A stretch of 64,000 nucleotides of DNA. It comes from Rhodoferax sp. GTDB lineage: Bacteria; Pseudomonadota; Gammaproteobacteria; Burkholderiales; Burkholderiaceae_C. Numbering within the stretch: position 1 is the stretch's first letter; each line of letters opens with the position of its first letter. The notes under the pieces are model-generated. The model saw nothing but the letters and a program-made list of their open reading frames with translations, made no database searches and had not been told where the DNA came from. The DNA lies in assembly GCA_031392945.1 (NCBI GenBank), contig JANMVT010000195.1, positions 33,672-97,671 on the forward strand, in the 5' to 3' direction. Shown piece after piece: positions 35,989-46,159 of the stretch. The position numbers and the translations under genes were made by a program.

Positions 35989-36368
35989 GGCGCGCCCGCC
36001 GCGCGCAGCATCGCCACGTCGGCCTTGATCTGGCGGCGCACTGCTTCAAATGCGCCGGGTTGCCCGGGCGTGCGCGCCGCCAATAGGCAGGCGACAGCCG
36101 CCACGATGGTCGGCAGGGGCACGAAGGCCAGCAACCAGGGCGCATGCATTCGCTCCACTGGAACCACCGCCCAGGCCATCACGGCCACACCCACCAACAC
36201 CACGCTGACGCCCGTGAAGCACAGGGCCGACGCATACAGAATCGTCCGGCGTTTGCCGGTCGCGACAGTGGTGGCGACTTCGGCCGCAACCAAGTCGGCA
36301 TAGGCCTCAGCATGGTCGGCCAGCAAATTCGGCTGGGTCGCAAGCAGATGGAGCAAGGGGTGCAACAT
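35985..36368 (-). CDS. YqjE-like (DUF1469 / holin-X-type) membrane protein
   Basis: ATG at 36368. MLHPLLHLLATQPNLLADHAEAYADLVAAEV..., then two TM helices and a C-terminal amphipathic tail. Confidence 0.65.
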   Translation of the reverse strand: MLHPLLHLLATQPNLLADHAEAYADLVAAEVATTVATGKRRTILYASALCFTGVSVVLVGVAVMAWAVVPVERMHAPWLLAFVPLPTIVAAVACLLAARTPGQPGAFEAVRRQIKADVAMLRAAGAP

Positions 36369-36387
36369 GGCAGGCGGCCACTGCAAA

Positions 36388-36768
36388 TCAGGTGCGGCGC
36401 TGCGAATGGCTCAACATGCTGACCAGGGCCATCAGGGCGGCACCTGTCGCGGCCGCGATCAGGATCGCCTTGACCGGCTCGTCCTTGACGTAGTTGACCG
36501 TGCCATCGCGCGCGCGCAAAGCGGTGTCGGTGAGCTGCTGCGAGGTGTGGCGCACGCCATCAACGCCGCTGGCCCAAAGCGCGTTGGCCTGGCTGGTGGC
36601 GCGGTTGATCAGGGGCGCGGCCTGGTTGCGCAACTGGATCACGCTGTCGGCCAGGCTGTCGAGCGCGCCATTGGCGGCCTGTTGCGTGGCTTCAATGGCG
36701 TGCCCGGCCGATGCGGCAACCTGGTCGGCGATGCCGTTGGATCTTTGCGTTGGATTGGCTTCTAACAT
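36388..36768 (-). CDS. YqjD/ElaB-family (DUF883) tail-anchored stress protein
   Basis: 126 aa. Long helical N-terminus, YVKDEPVKAILIAAATGAALMALVSML C-terminal anchor. Confidence 0.8.
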   Translation of the reverse strand: MLEANPTQRSNGIADQVAASAGHAIEATQQAANGALDSLADSVIQLRNQAAPLINRATSQANALWASGVDGVRHTSQQLTDTALRARDGTVNYVKDEPVKAILIAAATGAALMALVSMLSHSQRRT

Positions 36769-36818
36769 GGGAATTCCTTTGAGTGGAGGTTCAGGACGGG
36801 ACGGGAAAGAAATCAGTG

Positions 36819-36983
36819 TCAGTTCTTCTTGATCAGCGCAAACAGGAAACTGGCTACCGCCAGGATCGCAAAGACGACAAAAAGGATCTTGCCGATGCCC
36901 ATGGCGCTGGCGGCGATGCCGCCAAAGCCGAACAGGGCGGCAATCAGGGCGATGACGAAGAACACGACGGCGTAGTGCAACAT
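36819..36983 (-). CDS. DUF1328 (YtjA-like) small membrane protein (54 aa), absent from the ORF track
   Basis: Hand-translated as [60 protein letters not shown] ribosome-binding site. Coordinates were cross-checked against the frame of ORF 36783. Confidence 0.8.
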   Translation of the reverse strand: MLHYAVVFFVIALIAALFGFGGIAASAMGIGKILFVVFAILAVASFLFALIKKN

Positions 36984-37162
36984 GGCGAGGCTCCTTGGGT
37001 GGCGGGCCGCAACGGCCCGGGGGATCGATTGGGATCAGGTTTTTGCGACGTCCCCAGTGTCACCGCCTGCAAGCGCCAGCGCGATAAGCGCGCCAGCCGT
37101 GCGTCTGTCGGGGGAGCGGGGGTGCGTGTGTAGGAGCCGGCTGACAGGGCGCGCCAAGCGCT

Positions 37163-38542
37163 TCAGGCCGGTGCCGCCTGGGCGGAGGCTTCAGCCACTG
37201 ATTGCGGCAGCCTGGCCTGGATCGTGGTGCCGTGTCCGGGGCGCGACGCCACGGTCAACACCCCGCCTTCGGCCTGGACGCGGAAACGCATGCCCACCAG
37301 GCCGTAGGCAGAGCCAACCCTGGCTGCCGAATCAAAGCCCACCCCGTCGTCGCGCACCGCGACTTCCACCTGCGGCCCGTCGGCGGCCAGGCTGACCCAG
37401 ACCTCGCTGGCTTTGGCGTATTTGCCGATGTTGGTGAAAGACTCCTGCACCAGCCGATAAACCGTGAGCTCGCCGCTGGCGCTGAGCTGGACAGGCGCCA
37501 GCGCGCAATGGATCTGGATGCCGGATGCTTCGCTGAACTCGCGCGCCAGGATTTCCAGCGTCTCCACCAGGCCCAGATTGCCCAGCGCGGAGGGGCGCAG
37601 GTTTTCAATGATGCCGCGCCCCAGGGTGATGCTGCTGTTGAGTGTTGCAACCAGGTGCGCCAGCAGATCCAGCGACTCGGGGGCGGTCTTGGCGATGCGC
37701 GACTTGATGCGCGCGGCGTCAAGTTTGGCCGAGGTCAGCAGCGCGCCCAGGTCGTCGTGCAGGTTGCGTGCCAAGCGGCTTCGTTCGTCCTCGCGTGCGG
37801 TAAGCAGGTGGTGGGTCAGCTCGGTTAGCTGCGCCGTGCGTTTGACGACTTCAACTTCAAGGCGGTCGCGCTCACGCTGCAAGAGATCCGTCAAGTCTTT
37901 TTGCCGCTTTTCATGTTCCAGGCTTTGCTGCAAATACATCAACAGGGCGAGCAGGCTGACCGCACTCAACGCCGCCAGGCCAATGCGGCTGATCAGCAGC
38001 GTCTGGTAGGTTTCGGCCTGGCTTTCAACAAACTGCAGTTGCTCGCGTTCAATCAGTCTATTGATGACAACCAGGATGGCGGCCATTTCTTCCTTGCCAA
38101 TGTCGCTCAACAGGATTTCTCTGGCGGAGTCATTCTTGCCTTCGTCGAGCAGGCGGATAGTTTCGGCAAGCTCTGACATCCGGGCTTCGACCAGGCGGCG
38201 GAACGCCGTGAATTCCCCGGACAACGCCGGAAATTCCAGGTAGTAGCGTTCCAGCCTCTGGAGCGAATTGACAATCGTCGCGAGTGATTCACTGTAAGGC
38301 AGAAGGTAGTCTTTGCGAAGGGTCAAAAAATAGCCGCGCTGCCCCGTTTCTGCATCGAGCAGGGCCTTGCGCAAGTCCCGGATGGTGGCTGTGGCGTCCG
38401 CGATCACCCCCGCCCTGTTGAGCCGGGCGACCGATTGCTGGTAGGAGCTCTCGCTGACGAACACCGTCGCCAGCGCGGCCAGGCATACCAGAGGGAAGAA
38501 CAGGCGGTTGCGCTTGACAACTGCAAAAACGTCCATATTCAA
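37163..38542 (-). CDS. CHASE3-domain sensor histidine kinase (HisKA_3/NarX-DesK type)
   Basis: 459 aa. N-terminal TM plus CHASE3 (LLDAETGQRGYFLTLRKDYLLPY). H-box ERSRLARNLHDDLGALL. ATPase block DDGVGFD...YGLVGMR. Confidence 0.85.
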   Translation of the reverse strand: MNMDVFAVVKRNRLFFPLVCLAALATVFVSESSYQQSVARLNRAGVIADATATIRDLRKALLDAETGQRGYFLTLRKDYLLPYSESLATIVNSLQRLERYYLEFPALSGEFTAFRRLVEARMSELAETIRLLDEGKNDSAREILLSDIGKEEMAAILVVINRLIEREQLQFVESQAETYQTLLISRIGLAALSAVSLLALLMYLQQSLEHEKRQKDLTDLLQRERDRLEVEVVKRTAQLTELTHHLLTAREDERSRLARNLHDDLGALLTSAKLDAARIKSRIAKTAPESLDLLAHLVATLNSSITLGRGIIENLRPSALGNLGLVETLEILAREFSEASGIQIHCALAPVQLSASGELTVYRLVQESFTNIGKYAKASEVWVSLAADGPQVEVAVRDDGVGFDSAARVGSAYGLVGMRFRVQAEGGVLTVASRPGHGTTIQARLPQSVAEASAQAAPA

Positions 38543-38592
38543 CTCCTGTTTGGAAGTGTGGGATCATGCGGCATACAGGCCACCAATACACC

Positions 38593-39228
38593 ATGATCCG
38601 AATTGCCATTGTTGACGACCACGCCATGGTGCGTGCGGGCCTGCGCCAGTTTTTCGCCGACCAGATCGACTTCCAGGTGGTTGCCGAGGCAGCCACCGGG
38701 CGCCAGGCGGTTGACATTGTGCGCAAAGGCGAAGTGGACGTCATCTTGATGGACATTTCGATGCCTGACCAAAGCGGCGTGGACGCGCTGGCCGCCATCA
38801 AGGCCCGCGCGCCCGATCTTCCGGTGCTGATTTTGAGCGGTTTCCCTGAGGCGCACTACGCCACCACCCTGCTGCGCCAGGGCGCCAGCGGCTACTTGAA
38901 CAAGGATTGCGACCCGGAGGAGATCGTCAAAGCGATCCGCACCGTGCACCGGGGCCGCAAATACATCACTTCCGCCGTGGCCGAGCAGCTCGCCGACGGC
39001 TTGAGCGGGGGCGGCGCCGACAAGGCGCTTCATGAACAGCTCTCCGAGCGCGAACTGCAGGTCTTCCTGCGCCTGGCGCGCGGCGAGACCATCGGGCACA
39101 TGGCCGTCAGCATGTCGCTCAGCGTGAAGACCGTCAGCACGTACCGCACCAGGGTGATGGAGAAGATGAAGCTCGAATCCAACAGCGACCTGACCTATTA
39201 CGCGCTGAAGAACGGCCTGATCCAGTAA
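38593..39228 (+). CDS. NarL/FixJ-family (LuxR-type HTH) response regulator
   Basis: ATG at 38593. MIRIAIVDDHAMVRAGL...DVILMDISMPD receiver. C-terminal LSERELQVFLRLARGETIGHMAVSMSLSVKTVSTYR. Divergent from the CHASE3 kinase. Confidence 0.9.
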   Translation: MIRIAIVDDHAMVRAGLRQFFADQIDFQVVAEAATGRQAVDIVRKGEVDVILMDISMPDQSGVDALAAIKARAPDLPVLILSGFPEAHYATTLLRQGASGYLNKDCDPEEIVKAIRTVHRGRKYITSAVAEQLADGLSGGGADKALHEQLSERELQVFLRLARGETIGHMAVSMSLSVKTVSTYRTRVMEKMKLESNSDLTYYALKNGLIQ

Positions 39229-39252
39229 CCGGCGCCGTGGCAGGCGGCTGCT

Positions 39253-39660
39253 TCACAACAACGCCGGCAAAGTGGTGTCGATTTCGCCGTTGGCCAGGCG
39301 GCCGCAGTAGGTGATAAGGGCGTCGATGTCGTTGGACTTGTCGAACACCCGGTCGGCGCCCAGATCCAGGCATTTGCGCTTCATGGGGCCGGTGGCGTAA
39401 TTGGTCAGCACGACCAGTTTGGAGCCCAGGGTGAGGCCGCTTACGCTGCGCAACACGCCCAGGCCTGAGCCGGATTTCAAAAAGATGTCAACAATGATCA
39501 GATCGGCGTCGTTGCCTGGTTGGGTGAGCCACTGCACCGCCGAGAGTTCATCCTCCGCCGTACCCACCACCTCCACCGGAGCGAGATCCTCAAGCGTGGC
39601 GATCAGGCTTTGGCGGATCACGGGGCTGTCTTCAACAAGGTAGGTTCTTAGGGGGTGCAT
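39253..39660 (-). CDS. single-domain (CheY-like) response regulator
   Basis: 135 aa. YLVEDSPVIRQSL...DLIIVDIFLKSGSG...K, with no output domain. Confidence 0.85.
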   Translation of the reverse strand: MHPLRTYLVEDSPVIRQSLIATLEDLAPVEVVGTAEDELSAVQWLTQPGNDADLIIVDIFLKSGSGLGVLRSVSGLTLGSKLVVLTNYATGPMKRKCLDLGADRVFDKSNDIDALITYCGRLANGEIDTTLPALL

Positions 39661-39906
39661 GGGTCATAGAGATGCGTGGCGCAAACGGGGAATTGTCCCA
39701 GTATGCATTTAAATGTAAACCAAGGCTATTGGGACGATGCGCGCCTGCATGTCAGACGATTCCTACATCCCCTGCAACCCGGGATCACGCCGGCACGGGC
39801 GCCGCACGGCGTAGGACATCTACTACCTTCAAAGGCGGCGCAGTCCGCTAGCCTGCTTGCCTGGCGCTTCCCATACTGGGCGCACAACTTTATCCAGGAC
39901 ACCTCC

Positions 39907-40722
39907 ATGAAAGCCATCTACAAAACCGCGATCTTCGCCGCCGCCGCAGCCCTGGCGGGGCAGGCCAGCGCGCAGCTCACCTTCTATGAAAATGACGGGT
40001 TTCAGGGGCGCTCGTTCAACACCGGCGCCCAGGTCAGCAATTTCAACAGCGTGGGCTTCAACGACCGGGCCTCGTCAGTCATCGTCATGCGCAACCGCTG
40101 GGAGGTTTGCGAAGACGCCCGTTACGCAGGGCGGTGCGTGGTGTTGCGGCCGGGACGTTATCCCTCCTTGGGCGCCATGGGTTTGAATGACCGCATCTCC
40201 TCGGTGCGCACGGTGGGCTACAACGCCCGCATCGATGACGGGCGTTACGCGCCGCCTGCCGCGCCGGTTTACGACAACCGACGGCGCAACAACGAACGCC
40301 TGTACGAAGTCGATGTAATGTCGGTGCGCGCCGTCGTCGGGCCGCCCGAACAGCGTTGCTGGGTGGAGCGCGAACAGGTGTCGCAGCAACCAAGCGGCGG
40401 ATCGAATGTGCCGGGCGCCGTCGTGGGCGCATTGATCGGCGGCATCCTGGGCCACCAGGTGGGCGCCGGGCGCGGCAACGATCTGGCCACGGTGGGCGGC
40501 GCGATCGTCGGCGGCGCCATCGGCGTGCAGGTCGGGCGTGACGGCAACCTGCAGCCGCCGGCCACGCAGAGCGTGCAGCGTTGCACCAGCGTGCCCAGCC
40601 AGGCCCAGCCCGAGTTGTGGGACGTGAGCTACAACTTTCGCGGCCAGGAGCACCGCATCCAGATGACCACGCCGCCCGGGCCCACGGTGACCGTCAATCG
40701 CCAGGGCGAACCCAGATCTTGA
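39907..40722 (+). CDS. secreted beta/gamma-crystallin-domain protein fused to a glycine-zipper (Rick_17kDa-like) segment
   Basis: In-frame ATG at 39907. Signal peptide ...LAGQASA. Two Greek-key motifs (LTFYENDGFQGRSF...NDRASSV; WEVCEDARYAGRCVVLRPGRY...NDRISSV). Then GAVVGALIGGILGHQVGAGRGNDLATVGGAIVGGAIGVQVG. Confidence 0.75.
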   Translation: MKAIYKTAIFAAAAALAGQASAQLTFYENDGFQGRSFNTGAQVSNFNSVGFNDRASSVIVMRNRWEVCEDARYAGRCVVLRPGRYPSLGAMGLNDRISSVRTVGYNARIDDGRYAPPAAPVYDNRRRNNERLYEVDVMSVRAVVGPPEQRCWVEREQVSQQPSGGSNVPGAVVGALIGGILGHQVGAGRGNDLATVGGAIVGGAIGVQVGRDGNLQPPATQSVQRCTSVPSQAQPELWDVSYNFRGQEHRIQMTTPPGPTVTVNRQGEPRS

Positions 40723-40779
40723 TGGCAACCAGAGCGCCACTTTCCATTCCCAATCATTTCACTTCAACAAGGACTCCCC

Positions 40780-41331
40780 ATGAAAACCTCGTCAACGCTC
40801 AACATTTCAATGCTCATCAGCGCACTTCTGGCGCTGCCCGTGGCCCAGGCCGCAACCATGGCGAAAGCCGACTACGACCTTGCCAAGAAGGGCATCAGCG
40901 CCGGCTACAAGGCCGACAAGGCGTCCTGCAGTTCGATGTCGGGCAACGCCAAGGACATTTGTGTGGAAGTAGCCAAGGCCAAGGAGAAGGTCGCCAATGC
41001 AGAGCTGACTTTCAGCTACACCGGCAAGGCGGCCGACCACACCAAGGTCCAGGTGGCCAAGGCCGAATCAGCCTATGCCGTGGCCAAGGAAAAATGCGAC
41101 GACCTGGCGGGCAACGCCAAAGACGTCTGCCGCAAGGAGGCCAAGGCGGTCGAAGTCAAGGCCCTGGTCGATGCCAAGATGGCCAAGAAGATTGACACCA
41201 CGCGCAAAGAAGGCGCGCAGGACAAGATCGACGCCGACTACAAAGTGGCGGTCGAGAAGTGCGATGCCCTGGCCGGCGACGCCAAATCCAGTTGCATGGC
41301 CAGCGCCAAAGCCAAGTTTGGCAAGACCTGA
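40780..41331 (+). CDS. secreted Lys/Ala-rich protein with three Cys-pair repeats
   Basis: 183 aa. Signal peptide ...LPVAQA. The module Y..A.(E)KC..L.G(N/D)AKD.C...AKA occurs three times. Confidence 0.7.
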   Translation: MKTSSTLNISMLISALLALPVAQAATMAKADYDLAKKGISAGYKADKASCSSMSGNAKDICVEVAKAKEKVANAELTFSYTGKAADHTKVQVAKAESAYAVAKEKCDDLAGNAKDVCRKEAKAVEVKALVDAKMAKKIDTTRKEGAQDKIDADYKVAVEKCDALAGDAKSSCMASAKAKFGKT

Positions 41332-41347
41332 TCAATCCGCCCTTGTG

Positions 41348-41375
41348 AAGACCGGCTCATGCCGGTCTTTTTTTT
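41348..41375 (+). terminator. rho-independent terminator
   Basis: 9-bp stem AAGACCGGC/GCCGGTCTT, loop TCAT, then a T-run extending to 41375. Confidence 0.9.
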
Positions 41376-41491
41376 GGCCCCATATTTTCATTGTGTATGC
41401 CAACGAACAGATGCCAATCCAGACGCGCGCCACACTGTTCCATCGGGTGGAGATTTCCTTTCAACCTGATATTCACCATAGAGGTTTCATC

Positions 41492-42101
<610 letters not shown>

Positions 42102-42163
42102 TGCGCCGGGAGCGGACCCGCCAAGAGGCCAACCGGGTCTGCCAGAGCGTTTGATGAATCGCG

Positions 42164-44179
42164 ATGATGATCGTCAAAACACTGAAATGGCTCGGCGCCC
42201 TGGTTTTGGCGGCCGTCACACTCGCGGCTTTGTTGATCGCGCTGTTTGGCTGGAACTGGCTGCGCCAGCCGATTGAGAAATTCACCCTGGACAAAACTGG
42301 GCGCGTGCTGGCAATCAAAGGCGATCTCAGGCTGATATTCGCCTGGCCCAGGCCGCGCCTTCAAGCCAACGAAGTCAGCTTCGCCAACCCGCCATGGGCC
42401 AGAGAAACGCAGATGCTGCAGGCCAAAGTGGTGGATGTCACGCTGGATGTGATGGCCCTGCTGCACCGGCGCATCGTGGCGCCTGAAGTGCGCCTGGAGC
42501 AGCCCATCGTCTTTCTGGAGCAAAACGTCGACGGCCGCAAGAGCTGGCTGCTTGACCTGGACCAGACGGACGAATCCGCCCGCATCGAGATCGGCCATCT
42601 GAGCCTGGACCATGGCACGCTGGGTTATGACGACACCGCCGCCAGGACGCGCATCCGCGCCGATATCAACACCCCCAGCGGCGCCGCCATCCGGCCTGCG
42701 GCGGCAGCTTCAATTTATGGCCTGGATTTCAGCGCGCAAGGCCAATTCAAGGGCGTAGCCGTCAAAGCCAAAGGCAGCGGCGCGCCGGTGCTGTCCATCC
42801 GCAACGAGACCGCACCGTATGCCCTGAAGCTCGATGCCGACCTGGGCCGCACCCATGTGCTGGCCGAGGGCAGCGTCACCAGCCTGCAAAAGCTCTCGGC
42901 CCTGGACATGGCCATGGCGCTGCGCGGCGACAACCTGGACCAGCTCTTCCCCCTCATCGGAATCGCCACGCCAGCCACGCGCGCCTACACCACGCATGGC
43001 CGCCTGGTCCACGCGGGCAACCGCTGGCAATATGAAAACTTCAAAGGCCGTTTTGGCGACAGCGACCTTGCCGGGTCGATCACAGTGACGACTGGCGGCC
43101 AGCGCCCGGTGCTGGTGGCGGATTTGAGTTCGAACCTGCTTGACATCGCCGACCTGGGGCCGCTGATCGGCGCCAGGCCTGGCAGCGTCAAGGCGGCCCG
43201 CCAGGCTGCCGCCCCTGCCAGCGCCGACGCCCTGGCCGCCAACGCCCCGCCAGCGCCCCAGGTGACGCCCGCACGCATGCGTGTGCTGCCCGACATGCCG
43301 TTCAACACCGAACGCTGGAACAGCCTGGACGCCGACGTCCATCTGCGCGCCAAAACCATCCGCCGGGCAGCCGACATGCCGCTGGACAACCTGACAGCGC
43401 ATATGATTCTTCGCGATTCCATTTTGACGCTCGACCCGATTGACTTCGGCCTGGCAGGCGGGCACCTCAGCGCGGTCATCTCGCTGGACGGCGGCAAACA
43501 CCCGATCCAGGCGCGGGCCCGCGTGAAGGCGCAAAAACTCCAGCTCGCCAGGCTGTTCCCCGGCGCCAAGCTCAACCAGGCCAGCATCGGCCAGGTCAAC
43601 GGCCTGTTCGACCTGAGCGGCTCCGGCGATTCGGTCCGCGACATGTTGGCCGGCGCCAACGGCAAGCTTGGCCTGGTCGTGGCCGGGGGCCAGATCAGCC
43701 GCCTGATGATGGAGAAAATCGGCCTGCATCTGTGGGAGATGCTGGCGTTGAGCCTGAGCGGCGACCAGCTCATCGAGCTGCGCTGCGCCGTGGCGGACTT
43801 CGATGTGCGCCGGGGCAACATGCAGCCCAACGTGTTGCTGCTGGACACCCAGGTGACGACGATCTACGGCACCGGCAGCATCGACCTGGCGCAGGAACGG
43901 CTGGACTTGACCTTGAATCAAAAAACCAAAAACACCAGCCCGCTGGCCTTGCGCAGCCCCATCTACATCCGGGGCAATTTCGCCAAGCCGGTGGCCGGTG
44001 TGGACAAGGGCCGGGCCGTGGCGCGCGCCCTGGGCGCCGCGACGCTGGGGCTGATCAGCCCCTTGCTGGCCCTGATCCCCTTGATCGACCCTGGCCCCGG
44101 CAAAGACAGCGATTGCGCCCGGCTGCTGGCGCCGGGCAAACCGCCAACGCGGCCCGAAGCCAAAAAAGCCGTGCCCTGA
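42164..44179 (+). CDS. AsmA-family outer-membrane assembly/lipid-transport protein
   Basis: 671 aa. N-terminal anchor LKWLGALVLAAVTLAALLIALFGWNWLRQPIEKF and a long beta-rich body, typical of AsmA-like proteins. Confidence 0.8.
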   Translation: MMIVKTLKWLGALVLAAVTLAALLIALFGWNWLRQPIEKFTLDKTGRVLAIKGDLRLIFAWPRPRLQANEVSFANPPWARETQMLQAKVVDVTLDVMALLHRRIVAPEVRLEQPIVFLEQNVDGRKSWLLDLDQTDESARIEIGHLSLDHGTLGYDDTAARTRIRADINTPSGAAIRPAAAASIYGLDFSAQGQFKGVAVKAKGSGAPVLSIRNETAPYALKLDADLGRTHVLAEGSVTSLQKLSALDMAMALRGDNLDQLFPLIGIATPATRAYTTHGRLVHAGNRWQYENFKGRFGDSDLAGSITVTTGGQRPVLVADLSSNLLDIADLGPLIGARPGSVKAARQAAAPASADALAANAPPAPQVTPARMRVLPDMPFNTERWNSLDADVHLRAKTIRRAADMPLDNLTAHMILRDSILTLDPIDFGLAGGHLSAVISLDGGKHPIQARARVKAQKLQLARLFPGAKLNQASIGQVNGLFDLSGSGDSVRDMLAGANGKLGLVVAGGQISRLMMEKIGLHLWEMLALSLSGDQLIELRCAVADFDVRRGNMQPNVLLLDTQVTTIYGTGSIDLAQERLDLTLNQKTKNTSPLALRSPIYIRGNFAKPVAGVDKGRAVARALGAATLGLISPLLALIPLIDPGPGKDSDCARLLAPGKPPTRPEAKKAVP

Positions 44180-44244
44180 AACTGGAACCTGGCGCCACCT
44201 GCCGCCGCACGCGGGTTTCCATCGAACTGACCGGATTTTCATTT

Positions 44245-44268
44245 GCTACTATTTTGATATCTAACTAT
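44245..44268. repeat. AT-rich palindromic intergenic element, copy 5 (GCTACTATTTTGATATCTAACTAT)
   Basis: Its reverse complement, ATAGTTAGATATCAAAATAGTAGC, shares ATAGTTAG...ATAGTAGC with copy 1. It lies between two convergent gene ends. Confidence 0.7.
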
Positions 44269-44361
44269 ACATATACCACGTTGGAAAACGCCCTATTTGG
44301 CTGGAAGAACGGGGTTTTGACGCTGGCGCGGCGCATAAGCACCGATGACATCAAGCTTGGC

Positions 44362-44577
44362 TTATTTGCGTCCAACCACCAGCAGGAACACGCCCAGCAC
44401 GAGGCTCGCGCCGCTCAAAATCAGCGGCACGTTCACGGTCTTTCTCTCCTGCACCTTGAGTTCTATCGGTCCGAGCTTCAGGCCGGTGCTCTCTTTGGTA
44501 TAGCTGAAGCCGCCATAGACCAGGCCAAGTCCGCCCAGCACGATGAGGATGATTGCTGTCAATTTTGTTGCGTTCAT
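44362..44577 (-). CDS. small two-helix membrane protein (71 aa; DUF3185-like from memory)
   Basis: AIILIVLGGLGLVYGGFSYT...PLILSGASLVLGVFLLVVGRK. 4-nt overlap with the upstream lipoprotein gene. Confidence 0.65.
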   Translation of the reverse strand: MNATKLTAIILIVLGGLGLVYGGFSYTKESTGLKLGPIELKVQERKTVNVPLILSGASLVLGVFLLVVGRK

Positions 44578-45233
44578 TTTTTTACCTCGGTTAAAAATTG
44601 TGAAAGATCCTTCAGCACGTTTTGCACCGCCTGGTTGGCGGCGGCCACGCCGCCTTGCGGGTCGTCGCTGGCCGAAGGGACGCTGGCGTCAAACTCGCGC
44701 CATGCCAGCACACGGCGTGTCTTGTCCTCGACCAGGGTGGCGCGCAGCGTGAACCGCACGCGTGAGGGGCTGGCCAGAAATTCCTGCTGCAAGCGCACGA
44801 TCTCGGTGTCGAGCCGCCATTCACCCGCTGCTGCGCCCGCGCTCAGCACCACGGCGCTGAACGCCCCGCCGCGCTCGATGGCTGCAGCCATCAGGGGGCC
44901 AAGCATGCGTGCCGGCGGATCAACCCATTCGTTGTGCGCGAAATATTCCAGCTTGTGGGCTTCACGCACGTAGATGATGCGCTGGCTGTCAAAACCGGAC
45001 GCGGCGCGCGGCGGGTTGATGATCAGGGTGGTGGCCGTAGCAGGCGGCACGGGTGCCGGCAGCTGGCTTGCGGGCGCGCCGTCCTGGCCGCCATCCAGCG
45101 TGTAGTGGGTCGATTGCGGCCTTGCCGGCGGGGCCAACAAACTGCAGGCGCCCAACGCAGCCAGCGCCGCGCCTGCCAGGATGAGAGCCGCGAGGCAGTC
45201 CAGTTTGCGGAAAATCCTGCTTGAAAACGTCAT
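44574..45233 (-). CDS. ABC-type transport auxiliary lipoprotein (PqiC/DUF330-like)
   Basis: 219 aa. Lipobox ALGAC. Sits downstream of an MCE gene with a 4-nt overlap. Confidence 0.7.
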   Translation of the reverse strand: MTFSSRIFRKLDCLAALILAGAALAALGACSLLAPPARPQSTHYTLDGGQDGAPASQLPAPVPPATATTLIINPPRAASGFDSQRIIYVREAHKLEYFAHNEWVDPPARMLGPLMAAAIERGGAFSAVVLSAGAAAGEWRLDTEIVRLQQEFLASPSRVRFTLRATLVEDKTRRVLAWREFDASVPSASDDPQGGVAAANQAVQNVLKDLSQFLTEVKK

Positions 45234-46159
45234 GGTTTGCCACCTGCTTCTCCCGGCCCTGGCGGCACCGGATTGCGGCCGAACAGAAGGCCGCGCGGGT
45301 CACGTTCAGTCTGCTCGCTCAAGCGGCGCAAGGACGCAGTGAGAATGCTGAGTTCGCCCAGCAGGCGTTCGAGCTCGGGCAAGGTCTCGGCGCCGAAACG
45401 CTTCACGTCGCCGCTCACCGCGTCGATGGTTTTGCCCGCGCTTTGGCTGGTCTGGGCCACCTCCATCCCCATTTTTTCAATGGCGTCGGCGCTGCGCGCG
45501 ACGCGCTCGATGGCCGGACCGAGCTGCGCCGTGGCGCGCGCGGTATTGTCAAAGGTTTTGGCGGCGCTGGCGATGCCGCTGTCCAGCGTGTCCTTGCGCG
45601 CGGCCAGGGTGCGCGCAAGGATGGCGATGTCGGCCAGTGCGCTCTTGAAAGCGGCCTTGTTGTCGTCGCTCAGAATGGCATTGAGACTGCTGGAGGTGCT
45701 GTCGAGTTTGGCCAGCACCGTGGTCAACACGTTTTCAAGCCGCGCGCCCAGCGAGGGTTTGGTGAGGATGACCGGGTATCTCGCGCCCGCCACGGCGCGC
45801 AGCGCTGGCGAGGCAGCCGCGCCGCCGCTGAGTTCGACGTAGGCGATGCCGGTCAGCCCCTGCGTCCTGAGCATCGCCACCGTGTCTTCCTTGATGGGTG
45901 TGCCGCGTTCAATGGCGAATTGGAGGTTGACACGCTGCGGATTCGCCGCGTCGAGCGCGATCTGCCGCACCTTGCCCACATCGACGCCGTTGTATTTGAC
46001 CGGCGCGTTCAGGTTGAGGCCGGCCACCGACTCGTCTTCGACGGCCAGGTAGGTGTCGTACTTCTTCTGCCAGGCCCCGCCCGAGGCCAGCCACAACACC
46101 ACGGCGATCAGCGCGGCGCCCAGCAGCAGCACAAAGCCGCCTACGACCGGATAGTTCAC
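45230..46159 (-). CDS. MlaD/MCE-domain protein
   Basis: 309 aa. N-terminal anchor VVGGFVLLLGAALIAVVLWL. MCE core GLNLNAPVKYNGVDVGKV. Confidence 0.85.
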   Translation of the reverse strand: MNYPVVGGFVLLLGAALIAVVLWLASGGAWQKKYDTYLAVEDESVAGLNLNAPVKYNGVDVGKVRQIALDAANPQRVNLQFAIERGTPIKEDTVAMLRTQGLTGIAYVELSGGAAASPALRAVAGARYPVILTKPSLGARLENVLTTVLAKLDSTSSSLNAILSDDNKAAFKSALADIAILARTLAARKDTLDSGIASAAKTFDNTARATAQLGPAIERVARSADAIEKMGMEVAQTSQSAGKTIDAVSGDVKRFGAETLPELERLLGELSILTASLRRLSEQTERDPRGLLFGRNPVPPGPGEAGGKP

